Under the pieces are notes generated by a model, which was given only the letters and a program-made list of their open reading frames with translations, was not told the origin of the DNA and searched no databases. A DNA stretch of 64,000 nt from Candidatus Poribacteria bacterium (lineage in GTDB: Bacteria > Poribacteria > WGA-4E > WGA-3G), in NCBI GenBank assembly GCA_022394775.1, contig JAGFCB010000020.1, positions 984 through 64,983 of the forward strand, written 5' to 3'. Positions 63,666 to 64,000 of this stretch are shown piece after piece (the first letter of the stretch is position 1; every line of letters begins with the position of its first letter). The translations under genes and the position numbers were made by a program.

Positions 63666-63795
63666 GGTTTTACTCCTTTGTTGGATAGGGTTCCCGTGTC
63701 GTAATCTTATTGAGATTTAGCATTCTTTTTTAATACTAACATACTCGGATTATCGAAAACAAATTAATTTTTCAAACAAAAGAGGGACTTATTCT

Positions 63796-64000
63796 ATGCC
63801 CGAAAACAGAAAACCCAATATTGTCCTCATTTTGAACGATGATATGGGCTTTTCCGACTTAGGCTGCTACGGCGGCGAAGTCCACACGCCAAATCTTGAC
63901 CGGCTCGCTGCTGGCGGGCTGCGGTTTACGCAATTTTACAATACCGCACGCTGCTGTCCATCCCGTGCTTCTATGCTTACCGGATTACATCCTCACCAAA
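63796..64000 (+). CDS. sulfatase, N-terminal 68 codons (ORF open at window end)
   Basis: My translation: [27 protein letters not shown]...[19 protein letters not shown]. It contains the sulfatase CxPxR signature. Not in the ORF track because it is open-ended. Confidence 0.85.
   Translation, partial: MPENRKPNIVLILNDDMGFSDLGCYGGEVHTPNLDRLAAGGLRFTQFYNTARCCPSRASMLTGLHPHQ

Overview
This 64 kb window looks like a chromosomal segment from an uncultivated-type bacterium. It carries about 55 protein genes and 6 tRNAs, and uses canonical sigma70-type promoters and Shine-Dalgarno sites. Ordinary content: a sugar-acid catabolism trio (TIM-barrel isomerase, enolase-superfamily dehydratase, SDR), tatD, and a conserved block tRNA(Thr-Tyr-Gly-Thr)-rpmG-tRNA(Trp)-secE-nusG-rplKAJL. 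There is also a heme operon (hemE, an MBL-TPR gene, hemH, a hemY-type oxidase, a pentaheme cytochrome c), mqnC, rpoZ, ogg and a ppiD-like gene. The remaining recognisable genes are an Nramp-family transporter, three PhyH-family dioxygenases, two sulfatases, two LamG proteins and two CDP-alcohol phosphatidyltransferases. Most striking observations: (1) 7073-11374 is one uninterrupted 1433-codon ORF that joins an ECF sigma factor, a complete FtsZ GTPase core and a C-terminally truncated DnaE (Pol III alpha). I do not know this architecture from any described protein, and it needs read-level verification. (2) 45034-54270 is an operon encoding a 2429-aa repeat-rich Ig-like surface protein with a FlgD/T9SS-like C-terminal domain, a PorV/PorQ-like outer-membrane barrel and a LysM coiled-coil protein. 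(3) There are two families of REP-like palindromic intergenic elements. These include 19-bp perfect inverted repeats bracketing a single gene and a 450-bp multi-copy cluster. (4) An AT-rich two-gene cassette encodes a small protein and a retropepsin-like aspartic protease. (5) The conserved ribosomal/transcription block lacks both tuf and rpoBC. I saw no CRISPR array, rRNA, transposase, integrase, reverse transcriptase or recognisable defence gene. Any lineage guess (marine or host-associated, FCB/PVC/Poribacteria-like gene content) is inference only.
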